Source: Paraspadella gotoi (Eukaryota; Animalia; Chaetognatha). From it: a stretch of DNA of 43,699 bases. The translations under genes were made by a program, and so were the position numbers. The stretch lies in NCBI GenBank assembly GCA_051294375.1, contig CM119265.1, positions 5,928,822 to 5,972,520 of the forward strand, given 5' to 3'. Positions within the stretch are counted from its first letter, which is position 1, and every line of letters begins with the position of its first letter. This document shows, piece by piece, positions 13,191 to 27,841 of the stretch. The notes under the pieces are model-generated. The model was not told where the DNA came from. It did not search any database and saw only the letters and a program-made list of their open reading frames with translations.

Positions 13191-13537
13191 GAATAAGTAG
13201 AGAACGAGAGGTCCGTGCCCAAAAGAAAGAGGTGGTGCCCAGGGCCTTTCCCGCGGGTTCACGTCCGCGTCCGATTTAGCTTGGAAAAAGTCTCTCTCTT
13301 TCCCGAGGCGTTTATTGATCGCGACTTTGCCTCCACTCTCCTTCCCCCCCCCTACTTTTTTTTGTTTTACTTTTCGGGTTTTTTTGTTTCCACTGAATTT
13401 TGTCTCGCGTCATTTTTTGAGCCGTTTGTCCTCTAAATTTCTTCTTCGCTCGTGGGCGAACCATTCTCCACATACCGAGTGTCGGTTTCTCCAAAATTTC
13501 TTCTCTCTCTCCTCTCCTCTCTCTCTCTCTCTCTCTA

Positions 13538-13573
<36 letters not shown>

Positions 13574-16500
13574 GTCTATCTCTCTCTCTCGCTCTCTCTG
13601 CTTCTCTCTCTTCTCTCTCTCTTCTCTCTCTCTCTCTCTCTCTAACCACCTCCCTTTTTGCCCCTCTAAAGGCGTCCCAACAATACGTTACCCTATAAAT
13701 CAGGCCCCTTCCCGCTCTCCTTTCTGTGATCACCGACTACTTTCGCGTCACCTCATTCGACGCGCCACAAAGAACGCCGTACCGCATCACTGCCCCGTGG
13801 CCGGCGTGGCCCCATCTCATTCGGCCTATTTTTCAAAGTCGGTCACCCAATTGTCAACGGTCACTTTTAGACACGAACCGACAATGCCTTTTGTTTTGTT
13901 GTTGTCTAATCCGAGTCTCAATAGTTTATACTTTATAGTATACTATATTAGATATATTTCAACCGCGTTGGTGAGTTTAAACTTTAGGTCAGCTCAAAGT
14001 GGTTTTAAATTACTTTTTATTTGTTCCGCTTAGTCAACGTTTTACCTTCGCATGATTTGGTTTTTCGCGTTAATTTCTTTTGAGATAAATTTAGTTTCGG
14101 GCGCTATTGTTTAACAAGCGAGAGGATCTCAAGTCAAGCGTAGAATTTTTCGAAGGAAAGATGGATATTGGAAAGGCCTCGGATTTTATGAAAAAATCGG
14201 AGCAACAGCGGTCAAGGCAGTGTCCATTCCTTTAGTTAAAATAATTGAAATGAAATCAATTATAAGAAAAATTTGTTTTAAATCCCGTTTCATCGATGCG
14301 ATTCGGCTGAACAGTTTTTTTTTAAAATTCGATTCCACGTTCCAACGGTTATTACATCCCCTCTATGACCAAAGAGGAAAAAAAAAGACAAACACCCAGG
14401 ATCGATTTCTCTAATAATCTGGCAAATTTAATTGAGACATCCGTTCTCATTCTTTTTTTCTGTTTGTATATTTGTTTTCTTTTTTTGGGGATAGGGGAGG
14501 CAAATTCGTAAACTGCGATAAGATTCGTGGATCGAGTTCTCGACTCCATTTTCTCCAGAACAGCAACAGCAGCTGCGTTCACCGCCCCGCCCAACCCATC
14601 CCGCGACGCCGACTCGCCCCAATCCTCTATGACCACTTCCCCACTTGCCCACTTGTCCACAGCTTCGTCTCTTTCCGCGTACTTTTCTCTCTAAGCCATT
14701 TCAACTAAAACTAACCAAACATGTCCCCCAACCTGCGAGCATTTAATACCGACTCTACCCAATGAGAATCGTGAGGAACACCCACCCCCGGTCTCATCTT
14801 TAACCTTAACCTAGTATCGCCCCGCCCACTCTCCAGTCTCCACATGCAACCCCAAACCTGGGCAACTTCATCTAAAATCATAGGCAGACGTCATTCGGAG
14901 GTTCAAGGTTTGTTTTGTTCGCCGTACGCAGGAAATGGTTGGAGACCCTCACGCTCTCTCCATTTTTTTTTTTTTTTGTCTATTTTTTTTATCTTTTCTA
15001 GTATAACCTCTTAACTTACTTATTCTTTTCCAACCACTCTATTTTTCTTGCTAGTTTTTTCGTTGTTTTACCTTTTAGGCGAACATGGCGAAAATAAAAA
15101 TTGTAAACAGAAACAAAAAGAAAAAGAAGAAACGTTTAGTTACATGGGTAATGAAAAGTTAAACAAACAAATTTAATCCCAATCTTAACATTTTTTTAAA
15201 TTTTTTAGTTATACCTTTCGAAGCATCAATCTTTCAACGCTGGGAAAAATGGTTTTTAAAGTTATCAATTTTTTGTAATTTATTTTTATTTTGTAATTGA
15301 AATGTCTTATATCATTTTTCATGATTAATATTATTTCAAGGTGTACAAAGACTTTTTGAGCATATTTATCATGTAAGTAATCCCGAATATTTTTTGTTTT
15401 TCTTAATTTCATTTTTTTCGTACAAAAGATATTGGATGAATTGCATAGCTTTTATAGTTAGTGATTAGTGGTCATCCGTAATTTGTGTGAACTTTCAGTT
15501 GAAAAATATATTCTTTAGTAACATTGTAAATCAGTTAAATCCGGACGGAATGGTTAAGGGATTCATGCTGCGAATCTAATTCGCCAATATGCTATTTAAT
15601 TCTGTACCTCACATTGTTGTAATATGAATTTCTTGGATATTAAATGTTTTTATTTCCCCTCCATGACGATTTATTAATTTCTATGTAGAACGCAAATAAC
15701 AACGAGAACTACCATGTTTTACTTGGATCTGAGATTCTAACGCAATCAAGAAAGTCATATTCGAAAGCTTGAATTAAAGCTCGAAAATCGAAATGCAAAT
15801 CAATAAAAAGGCTTCTTTTTTTTCCTGTCCTTAAACGCTACAATTTTTATATAAAAAATGTGTTAAAAATAAAATCAAACGTGGCATTTAGCATTGATAT
15901 GTTTTAGTTTGTAAAAACAAACAATTATTGAAAACAATTTTTAAAAAAACTCTCCTGAAAAAGAAATAAATAAATGAAATAAAAAAGATGGATACTCGCT
16001 AATTATAACAATGCGTTTAGCGTCAAGGAAAGCGGATTCCGTTAAATGAAAGCGTGAGGCTTAGGTTTAAATCAGAAAATACTGTCATTTCAGTAATAGA
16101 TAGTTTATTAAAGAATAAAGATTAATACAGATAATTGCATTCAATTTATTCCTCAAGTATATGTGTGTATGATTACTTGATTAATGATTATACATGTTGT
16201 ACGTACAACTGAGGAGTTTAACCCCATCACATGACTGTTATATCGATGGCGTTGAATCTCAAAAACAACAACAACTACAACAACAACAACAAAACAACAA
16301 CAACAAAAACTGGCCACGACGAGCAAGAGTTGACCGCATCAAGATCACAACTGCCTCCGGGGCATAAAAAAGCAGGCCCAACCTTTTTTTCGTGTTGTTT
16401 TGTTTTTGTTTTTGTTTACTGTTCGCTTTTGGCCATCGTCGTCGTCGTCGTCGTCTTCGTCGTCGGTTTTTTTCCGCTCGCATCAATTTTCTCATGAACT

Positions 16501-18136
16501 TTTTCTTCCAGCCATGAAACAAGATCTTCTCCCGGTAGCGGAGATGGTGGGTCGAGGGTGGTTTGGGTGGTTGGAAAAGGGGTAGGTGTGGTATGAGGAT
16601 GAGCTGGGGGAAAGGAGGAACCAAGAAAAACATGAGGAAGTCGTGATGCCTCAACCCAAACAGGAAAAGGAAGATTCACCATGGAAAGTTGCTTCATGTT
16701 CCTTCCGTATATTCATCGTCGCTCTCTCTATCTCTTTCTTTCTCTCCCTTTCTCTCTCTTTCTTTCTCCCATTTTTGCCGCCTCTCTCTCTCTGGTCTTT
16801 GGTATGTTACTTTACCTTATATCTAAATTTCCCTTTCCTTTAATCCTTTTCTTCTATCTCCAAGTTTAGCATCAACTCACTGATGTTATCTGATTAACGC
16901 CAATCACCATTTTTTTACTCTTTTTTTATTACTTTCTACATACTTTTAACTATTAACTTTTAAGTATTTTTTATAGCGCTCTCCCTTTTTTTTCTTTTCC
17001 CTATCTTCATTTTTTTCCCTTTCTCTTCTTTCTTCTCCACCGACATCGTTTCCTACTATCTTTCTCTCTTTTCCCTCTTTTCACTCTTCGCTATCCTTTT
17101 CCTCCTCTCCCCTCTTCCTCCCTCCCACTTTCTCTCCCTACTCCCTACTCCCACTTTCTCTCCCTACTCCCCCTCTCCCCCAATGGTGTCGCACCCTGGT
17201 TATTTTTTTAGCTAAGAAAACACACGGAGGGTTAAAGGCAGATTTTAAAAAAAAGAAGATAAAAAAAAGATAAAAAAGCTGGCATGGAACTGACGGCTTA
17301 ATTGCGTCACCAAAGACTCGCTTTCCGGGAAAAAAAAATCACCAAAAAATGCGAAAAAAATACTATCCTCCCTTTTTTTTGTAATTTGAACTTATTTTAC
17401 ATTTTTAACTTTTTTTTTTCTTTCTTCGTCTTCTTATTCTTTTTTCCCCACATCTTTGTTCCACTTTAACTTTTACGCTTCCAGTTTTTAATCTTGTCTC
17501 TTTTTGTTAATCTTTATTATTTCAGCTGTCACCCCCCACCGCTCTCGTCCTTGTTCTTACAAAACACTGAAATTCGCGGCGCGGCTGCGCGCGTCAAGTG
17601 GAAAAAAACAGTGCGAAAAAAAAATGGGAGAAACTGGATAAATAATGAAAGAAAATGCAAGGGAGGGTATGGGCAGCGGAGCAGGCCGATCGGGGATGCG
17701 GAGGCACGAGGCGACGAGAGAGAGAGGAGCACAGATAGAAGAGCACGACGAGAGAGATGAGCAGATGACGAGAGACCGGGTGAGCGATGACGACTGAGGA
17801 CGTAGAGAGATCGAGAGGAAAGAAGTCCACAGGTACAGGTTAGAAGACCGTTAGAAGCCAGGGAGATTTTTGAATCGGGATGGATATAAAGCCCGAAAGA
17901 AAAAAAAATGTGGTAACTGACGGCTGCGTGCGGAAAAGCCAGAAAAAAAAAAGTGATGCGAGGAGGTGGTAAAGACTGGTAATGAAAGGAGCGGCACGTG
18001 GCGAGGAAAAGTAGGAACGAGATAAGTGGAGGAAAGGAAGAAAAGAAAAGGAAGAAAAGTTAGGGAAGGAAGGGAAGAGTTCAGTTATTATAGTACATAA
18101 TATGATAGAGAGAAGAGAGAGAGAGAGAGAGCAGAG

Positions 18137-18176
<40 letters not shown>

Positions 18177-19266
18177 AGGAGAGAGAGATGAGAGAGCGAG
18201 ATGAGAGAGAGTATGAAGGGAAATGAGGGAGATGAGAAGGGACCAGTGACGGAGAAGGGAGCGAACGAAGAGCAAAAAAAAATCCTGTCGGAAAGTGGCG
18301 GCTCGCCGTGGCCTGTCATGAACGCGCTAATGATCCCGCGTGCGCATTTTCATACACGTGCGAGTGACGCGGAGAGCGGAGAGAGGAGAGAGATTGAGAG
18401 AGATGGGAGAGAGCAGAGAGAGAGAGGAAGGAGAGGAAAAGAGGAGAGAAGAGAGAGAGAAAAGATATCAAATGTTTTTAAAATCAGGAAGTTTATGATA
18501 TTTACATGAAATGTAATCAAATTTTAAAATAATAAAAAGCCTCTATAATATATTTAAGTAGGAATTTTTTAAAAGATTTTTTTAAGATTAATTATGAAGA
18601 GTAATAATGTGGTAATAATGTGGTTCCAGCCTACAATAAAATTTTAATAATAATAATAATAATAATGAATGGAGATAAAAATCAATAAATTAATAAAAAA
18701 TATAACAATCTATATTACTAGAATTAAGCTTGAAATTCAAGATTAAATTTATTTAAAAAAATATTTTTAATACTCTAGACAATAAATAAAAATGTGTTCA
18801 TTATTCGTCGAAAATTTTAATAAAAAAAAGAACAACAGTCGAAACTCGAAGTTGAACGATCGTTAAAAAAAAAAGACGAACGTTTGACGATTTAATTTCG
18901 ATTGATCTCGATAAGAACGGAGAGGGAAAAATATCGAAGAGGGAGAAATTGGGAAATGGGGAGGAAAAAAAAAGGAAAGGAAGGAAAAAAAAGGAGGAAG
19001 ATTAAGAAAAGGATAACGACGTGGAAGGAGTTGATGAAGACAAAGATACCGCGTCGACCAGATGTGAATAACGACCGTGACAAAGATGACGATAAAGATG
19101 AGAAATCCATTTCTTCTTTCCTTTTTTTTTTTCTTTCTCTTTGACGACGATCGCCGCACTTCGCCTTTCTAACTTCGCCTTTCCATCCTTCCCTTTCCAT
19201 CTCTGCCGCCAGAACCCTGGAAGAATATAAAAAAAAATTCAGAGGAAGAGGAGAAAAAATGTGCAC

Positions 19267-19382
<116 letters not shown>

Positions 19383-20085
19383 TTATTGATTTACTTGAAT
19401 TGGAGGTAATGTCGAAGCTGTCCCGTGACGTAAAAAACTGACAGTATATTATTATGCTGACCATTTTACAAAAAAAAAATTAATAATTATGTTCACAAAG
19501 AGCGTAACAAAAAAACAGTTGTTTTTTTGTTACTCTTACACATAATAGAGACGAGAGATTCCTCTTTCGTCGTCTTTATAATCGTCGTCGCGAATCTGCG
19601 TCGAGAAAAAGGGAAAGGTAAGAATCAGATATCGGCAGAACAAGAGATTTTTTCCCCCGAACTTTTTAAACGCAGTCATACTCCAGTGACGTCACTAAGG
19701 TAAGCGAAGAGAAAGTTTAACCTTTTCGGATATTGCAGATAAGTGCAATGAAGTCCATCAGAAACTTTACCCCACTTTTAAATGCTACAATGTTTTTTAT
19801 TGCATCCACGTGGATATTGTACTTTGAAAAAAAAAAGCCTCTTAATTCCTTTCATTGAAGTTCATAATAATTTTTTTAACCTCATTTTTTTATGAAAGAC
19901 GCTAAGACAAATCTCTCGACGATAAAAGAATTTACAAGGAAGTCGAGGAAAAACGCTCGAGAGAACAACGACTCTAGCGGCACCGAGCGGCAATCACTCG
20001 AGCAAAAAATAAAAGGAACAAAAGACGAAAGGAAATACGATCGGGTCGAAGAGAGAGAAGAGAGAAGAGAGAGAGAGAGAGAGAG

Positions 20086-20139
<54 letters not shown>

Positions 20140-20954
20140 GAGGAGACGAGGCGAAGCGAGAAGAAAAGGAAAAATCTGGGAATTTTCTGAGCGGAAAAAT
20201 CCATTGATTAATTCAGAATCGAGAAGGAAAATGGCGAAACAGATGGAAAGAGGGTGAGAGGGTGAAAGGGTAAGGGATCTCTCTCTGTTGGTCGGAGAAA
20301 AGTGGATGAGTCTCGTTTGCGGCGGCGCGATCGAACCGGCGTCGTTGAAGATCGATCGGAGAGTTTTATGTTCGCGCAGTGGTTGGGATTTTGGATTGAA
20401 GGAAGAAAGGAGCGGTTCCTCGCATTGTTCCTCGGCCTCTTTCCTCCGTTGTTGTGATGGATTTCTCGTTCAATACTGATTTTGATTCCATTTGAATTTC
20501 CAACTCAGACTTACTGGATCTCGCAGTCTCAGTCTCAGACGAACAAAACGACGACGAAAGGGGAATCGTCGAATCTTGTCTGCGATTAATCCTGCTGATT
20601 TTATATCGAAATAATATTTTAAAGGTTTATAAAAACGATTTAATTTTATTATTTAAAAATTATGTTTGCAAGTATATTTTTTATAATTATTATTATTAAT
20701 TGAGAAGGAAGGAGATCTTTCCTGCTTTTATCTTTAAAGAAGATCAATCGTAAAACCGTCAAGAATGATCGACTTATCTCTCAGTTTTTTTTGGTTTTTT
20801 TTGTCCAAAGCTTGAACAGATAATATGTTTTCCCCAAAGCATTTTCCAATCATGTATTTTTAAACATTTTAAATATTTGTGAATCGACTGAACTAAAAAA
20901 TAAAATTAGATACCTTGATTTTTTATTTTCAGAAATTCTCTCTCCTCTCTCTCT

Positions 20955-21002
<48 letters not shown>

Positions 21003-21003
21003 T

Positions 21004-21038
<35 letters not shown>

Positions 21039-22199
21039 GTTTTTCAGTTCTCATTCCTATTTCCCCTTCAACACGGAGCGTGTCAACCTGAAAAAAAAAA
21101 TTTTCCAATTTGACCCCTGACCTCGCTAAACACCGCCGAAGCTCTACGTCGGCCTGACGGCCCCACCCCAAAATTAAAAAGCCCCCGGGTCGCCTTTTTT
21201 CCCGGAAAAAAAAAGGGGCCGGGGGGGGGGGGCCGCTGCGGGAGCCGCTGCCGGGGCCGCTGCCGCTGCCGCCGCCGCGGAAGCCATCTCCTTTCGCCCG
21301 GATTTGACCCCTGGCGTATTTATGCGCGTCCGAACTCCATTATCGTCGTCGGGATTTTCATTTTCATTACTTGTGCGCTTTTGTTTTGGCCATATTTTCC
21401 AAGGGCACCCCATTTCTGTTTAAATTCAGAATAATAAAACTTTTAGGTTTTAAAATTAAGTTGAATAATATTAGATGAGGTTAAATTAAAGCAGATTAGG
21501 TTAGGGTTTGGGAATTAGTTTAAGGATAAAGGTTAAGGATTAAATTAATTAAATTAAATTAAATTAAATATTAAATTAAATTAAATTAAATATAAGGGTT
21601 AATGATTATAGTTTAGCGTTATTATTGAATAGGACTAAGGATTGGGTTATAAATTTGGTATAAGATTAAGTCGAGAATTAGGATAAGGAAACGGGGCGCT
21701 TTCGGAAAATACCGACGAATTTTTTGTAAAAAAAGATTTTTCAAAGTTTTCAACCTTTTTTTTTTTTAATTTCAGATATTATTTTGAATATAATAGTAAC
21801 AAACATAACGATGAAAGAATGGATTTTACTCCGAGCTTGCGGAAAACTGGTTCGATTTTAATTTTAACTAAATTGAACTCATTAAAAAAATCTTTTCTCG
21901 CGTCTTATCGTTTTCATACGATCCAACTCATTTGACCTTCAACTCTAAACAACAGCCCCCCCCCACTTCCCACCCTTGAGATTCGAGGAAGGGCAAAAGT
22001 TGTTCCAAAGCTGACGTCGGTACACGAGATTCAAAGAGTGAGATAAGAAAAATGAAAACAACGTTAATGTGTCTACACTCTCCGGTCTATCCACTGTCTC
22101 GTACGAATAAGCAACGAATAAGCTCTCGATTTTTAAAATAAAATCAGTCACATCTCACGAAAATGATTTCGATCACGTGAATGAGTTTATTTATTAAAT

Positions 22200-24487
<2,288 letters not shown>

Positions 24488-24732
24488 TGGGTTTTTTTCG
24501 ATGGGTAATTTTGATGTCGATTATTTTCAATTATTAATTATCTTTGTAATTCAAATAAAAAAACAATGCCGTCAAATATAATTTTTTTAATTTTCTCGAG
24601 TTATTACATCCGGTTATGAAATTTTAAACTGAAGACGAACTTTACAAAAGGTACATAACTAGCAAATATTAAAAGAAATAAAAATTAATTAAAGAGAAAT
24701 AAAAGAATAAGATAATTTAGGATATTGTTTCG

Positions 24733-27700
24733 TCACGAGGCGTATAGTGGGCCATCTTCACTGATCGGTGGGGGCCTCGTGAGATGATTTACACATTCGT
24801 GAAGAAACCTGAACTGCTCCAGCTTATGGATCATATGCGGGCGATGAAAGCGCAGTCGGTGAGCGATGCTGCTTAATCTCAGTTCTTGATTATCGTTCAT
24901 CCGCTGCATAGCGCAATACAGAGCAATGAAGACCCCCACGCTACCAGCGCCAGCACTGCAGCGAAGAAAGCCGTCGTTTTGTTTAGGTTTTTTAATTTTT
25001 GGAAATATTGTTTAAACATTCTATCATAAATAATGAGAAAAAAAAAAACTTAATTAGAATGAAACTATTTGATTTTTTTTTTTTTTTTTGGTAAACTTTT
25101 AATTTCGTCAGTACTTCAGCTTTAAATGTAACGAACCTCATATGTTATCCTTCACGTTTGACTCCCCGCCCGTGAACGATAATAGGGCCATTCCATCATA
25201 AAACTCCAAAACCATTTTCACAAAGTTGATTTTAAACCGTCGCGCATTTGAATATGATTTCGATCGACCCATCCTTTGAACCAAAAATGTTTAACCCTTT
25301 CGCCCTCCACGCCATCTGGATTTCTAGTCACAAATTCCAAGTTCGTCAACCAACAGTCGGCTTCCAGTTCGGACTCCTCTTGTGTTTGAACGGATAAATT
25401 TCCGCTTTCCACGGGACTTTCTCCCACTGAGGGCCAGTATTTGAAATACTTCTGATTAGCAACCTGCAGTAATTATAAGAAGGTCAGTAACTAATGTAAA
25501 ATCAAAATTTTCGTGTTAAAGTGACCGCGAGGAAAAGGGGTCACCATGCCCCTCTGATGGTCTGGATTGCTCCCACACCTCGTGTTCTCAGTGGGACTTC
25601 AATTGTCTTGCTTTCTGGAACTTCAGATCCAGTAGTAGTCTTAATTGGCCCGACACTCTTTTGCAATACACTTCCGACCAAGGACAGAACTGGTGACCAT
25701 TGGTTTTGGATTTAAAGCATTAGATGCATGCACTTATTGCACTATATATTATATAATATATATTACATAATATATATAATATATAATATATATAGTATAT
25801 ATATAGTATATAGTATATATAGTCTATATAATATATATTGCGGTGCCGAGATATTACGTCCCTACAATATGACAGTAATTGATTTTTACTCACATTAGCT
25901 GTGGTGATCATGACGATTATCCTTGATTCAGTATCTTTTACCATCCATTTGAAATCGTCTGCCGTTGAGGACAATGGATCCTTAAAAACAAAAACGGTTC
26001 ATTCAATGGGTTGCGTGACTTTCTCATGACATGACATGACATGACTTCATTAGCCTTTGACATGCACTGCATCGGAATTAGCAGTCACATAATTACATTT
26101 TTAATGTAATTGGGACAGATCGACGGAAAGACATAACCGGACAGACCGACCGAAAAGTGACTGATAGAGTTGCTTTAAAAGGGTACCATAGTAGGTAGAT
26201 ATGACAAATTGACCATTGACCATTGACCAATGACCAACGCAGTCACAGGATTGACTACATACTTGCGCAGCAATGAAGTTAAGTCCTCTATCTTTAATCC
26301 AACTGGCATTTATGTAATCAGAGGTTTTTCCAGTTAGTGTAGTATTGAGTAGTACTCGGTGGTTATCATATGGTATTACTTGTTTGTTCCTAAAAAGATT
26401 AAAGAGCAGTGCGCCATTAAATTTTTAAAGACAAAAATTTTAATGTTGACACAAATTTTAATGAATGTGAAAAAGTGGGTTGTCTTTCAGCCTATTCTAA
26501 TATCCGATTTAAATTAGTATCTACTTAGTTGAAAGCTATCTTCCGATGGGCAGAATAATGAACAATTTGAATAAATTCTTACCCCTTACCTGTTTTTCTC
26601 AATATTTTCAGGTTTTTTCCCTTCATGGTTTACTTGATTTCTTCCAACATCTTTGAGTCGATTAAATTGTTCGAGCACTAAGTCTCTGTTCGGTTGAGGA
26701 TATATATATGGTGAAGGCGTCTCTGGGGGATCTGGACGAGGTGGAGGTGGCCTCGAAGGAACCGTTGACGACGTCAGTTCCGTTGATGATGACATTTCTT
26801 CAATTGGAAACGCCTGAGGTGTAGACGTCGATAGACTATCAATATCTGGTGGGGGCTGGGGATCAGTTCTGCGAGGCTTCTTGAATCGAATCCAGACAAT
26901 TATCATTACTGGCAATATTATTATCACCGTTACTATAATTATTATTATTATTGCCAAATGCGAATCGGACAATTTCTCTGAAGTTTCCAATTTTTCGGTG
27001 GTTGCGAATTTTTCTGTAATCTGCGATTCTTTTTTCGATGGAGAATGAGTCACAACTCGAAATTGGAATCTGAAGATCGTTTCTGGTTTCAAGTCGTCAA
27101 ATGTCGCCCTCTTTTCGTCCGCTACCCCGATTTTCTTCGCCTCACAAGCGGCATCGACCACAACGCCATCATCGGTTTCGCACCAAACCTCGATATATTC
27201 ATAGGAACCTTTTGGAGTTGCGAATTTTAGTTCGATTGAACTTGACGAAGTTTTAGCTTTGATGCCTTTAAATAGAACGCTCGCGGGAGTCAAACGGAAG
27301 TCTGAGATGGCGGGGACGCTTTTTAGATTGTTGGGAGAAACTGAAACAGCGGTGATGTTGTAAAGAAAGCCGGGAGTCAGTTCTTTCACTGAAACGGCTA
27401 ATTCCTGCATTAAAAAAAAAATATTTATACTTTATTGTTTTTTTTTTTTTTTTTTTTGTATAAATTCGAAGTAGCCATGGTATAAATCCTTTCTATTTCG
27501 TTGCGATTTAGAATTGTAGAGAAAACAAAGTTTTATTTTGTGACAAAACAACGATTTTTATTTAACATTAGCAGACATGTTTCGACTCTTGTTGCGAGCC
27601 ATCATCAGCGCTTTTACAGTTTTGAAACTGATGCGTTAATCCTTTCTTTTTCGTTGTTCATAGGTATTAGAGAGAGCAAAGAATTTTGAATTTAACAACG

Positions 27701-27794
27701 ATTTTTTATTAGTAGTTTGGACATGTTTCGGCTTGCTTATTTCAAGCCTTCATCAGCATATGACATTCAATAATAAATTTTGTGCAAAAGAAGA

Positions 27795-27841
<47 letters not shown>

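Noticed and set aside
12864-13262. 132-aa ORF with KSKxxxPLNL repeats
   Set aside because: Consequence of the underlying minisatellite; no splice or codon-bias support.
21495-21512. TTAGG/TTAGGG telomere-like words
   Set aside because: Only two or three imperfect units in a TTAAA-rich low-complexity tract.
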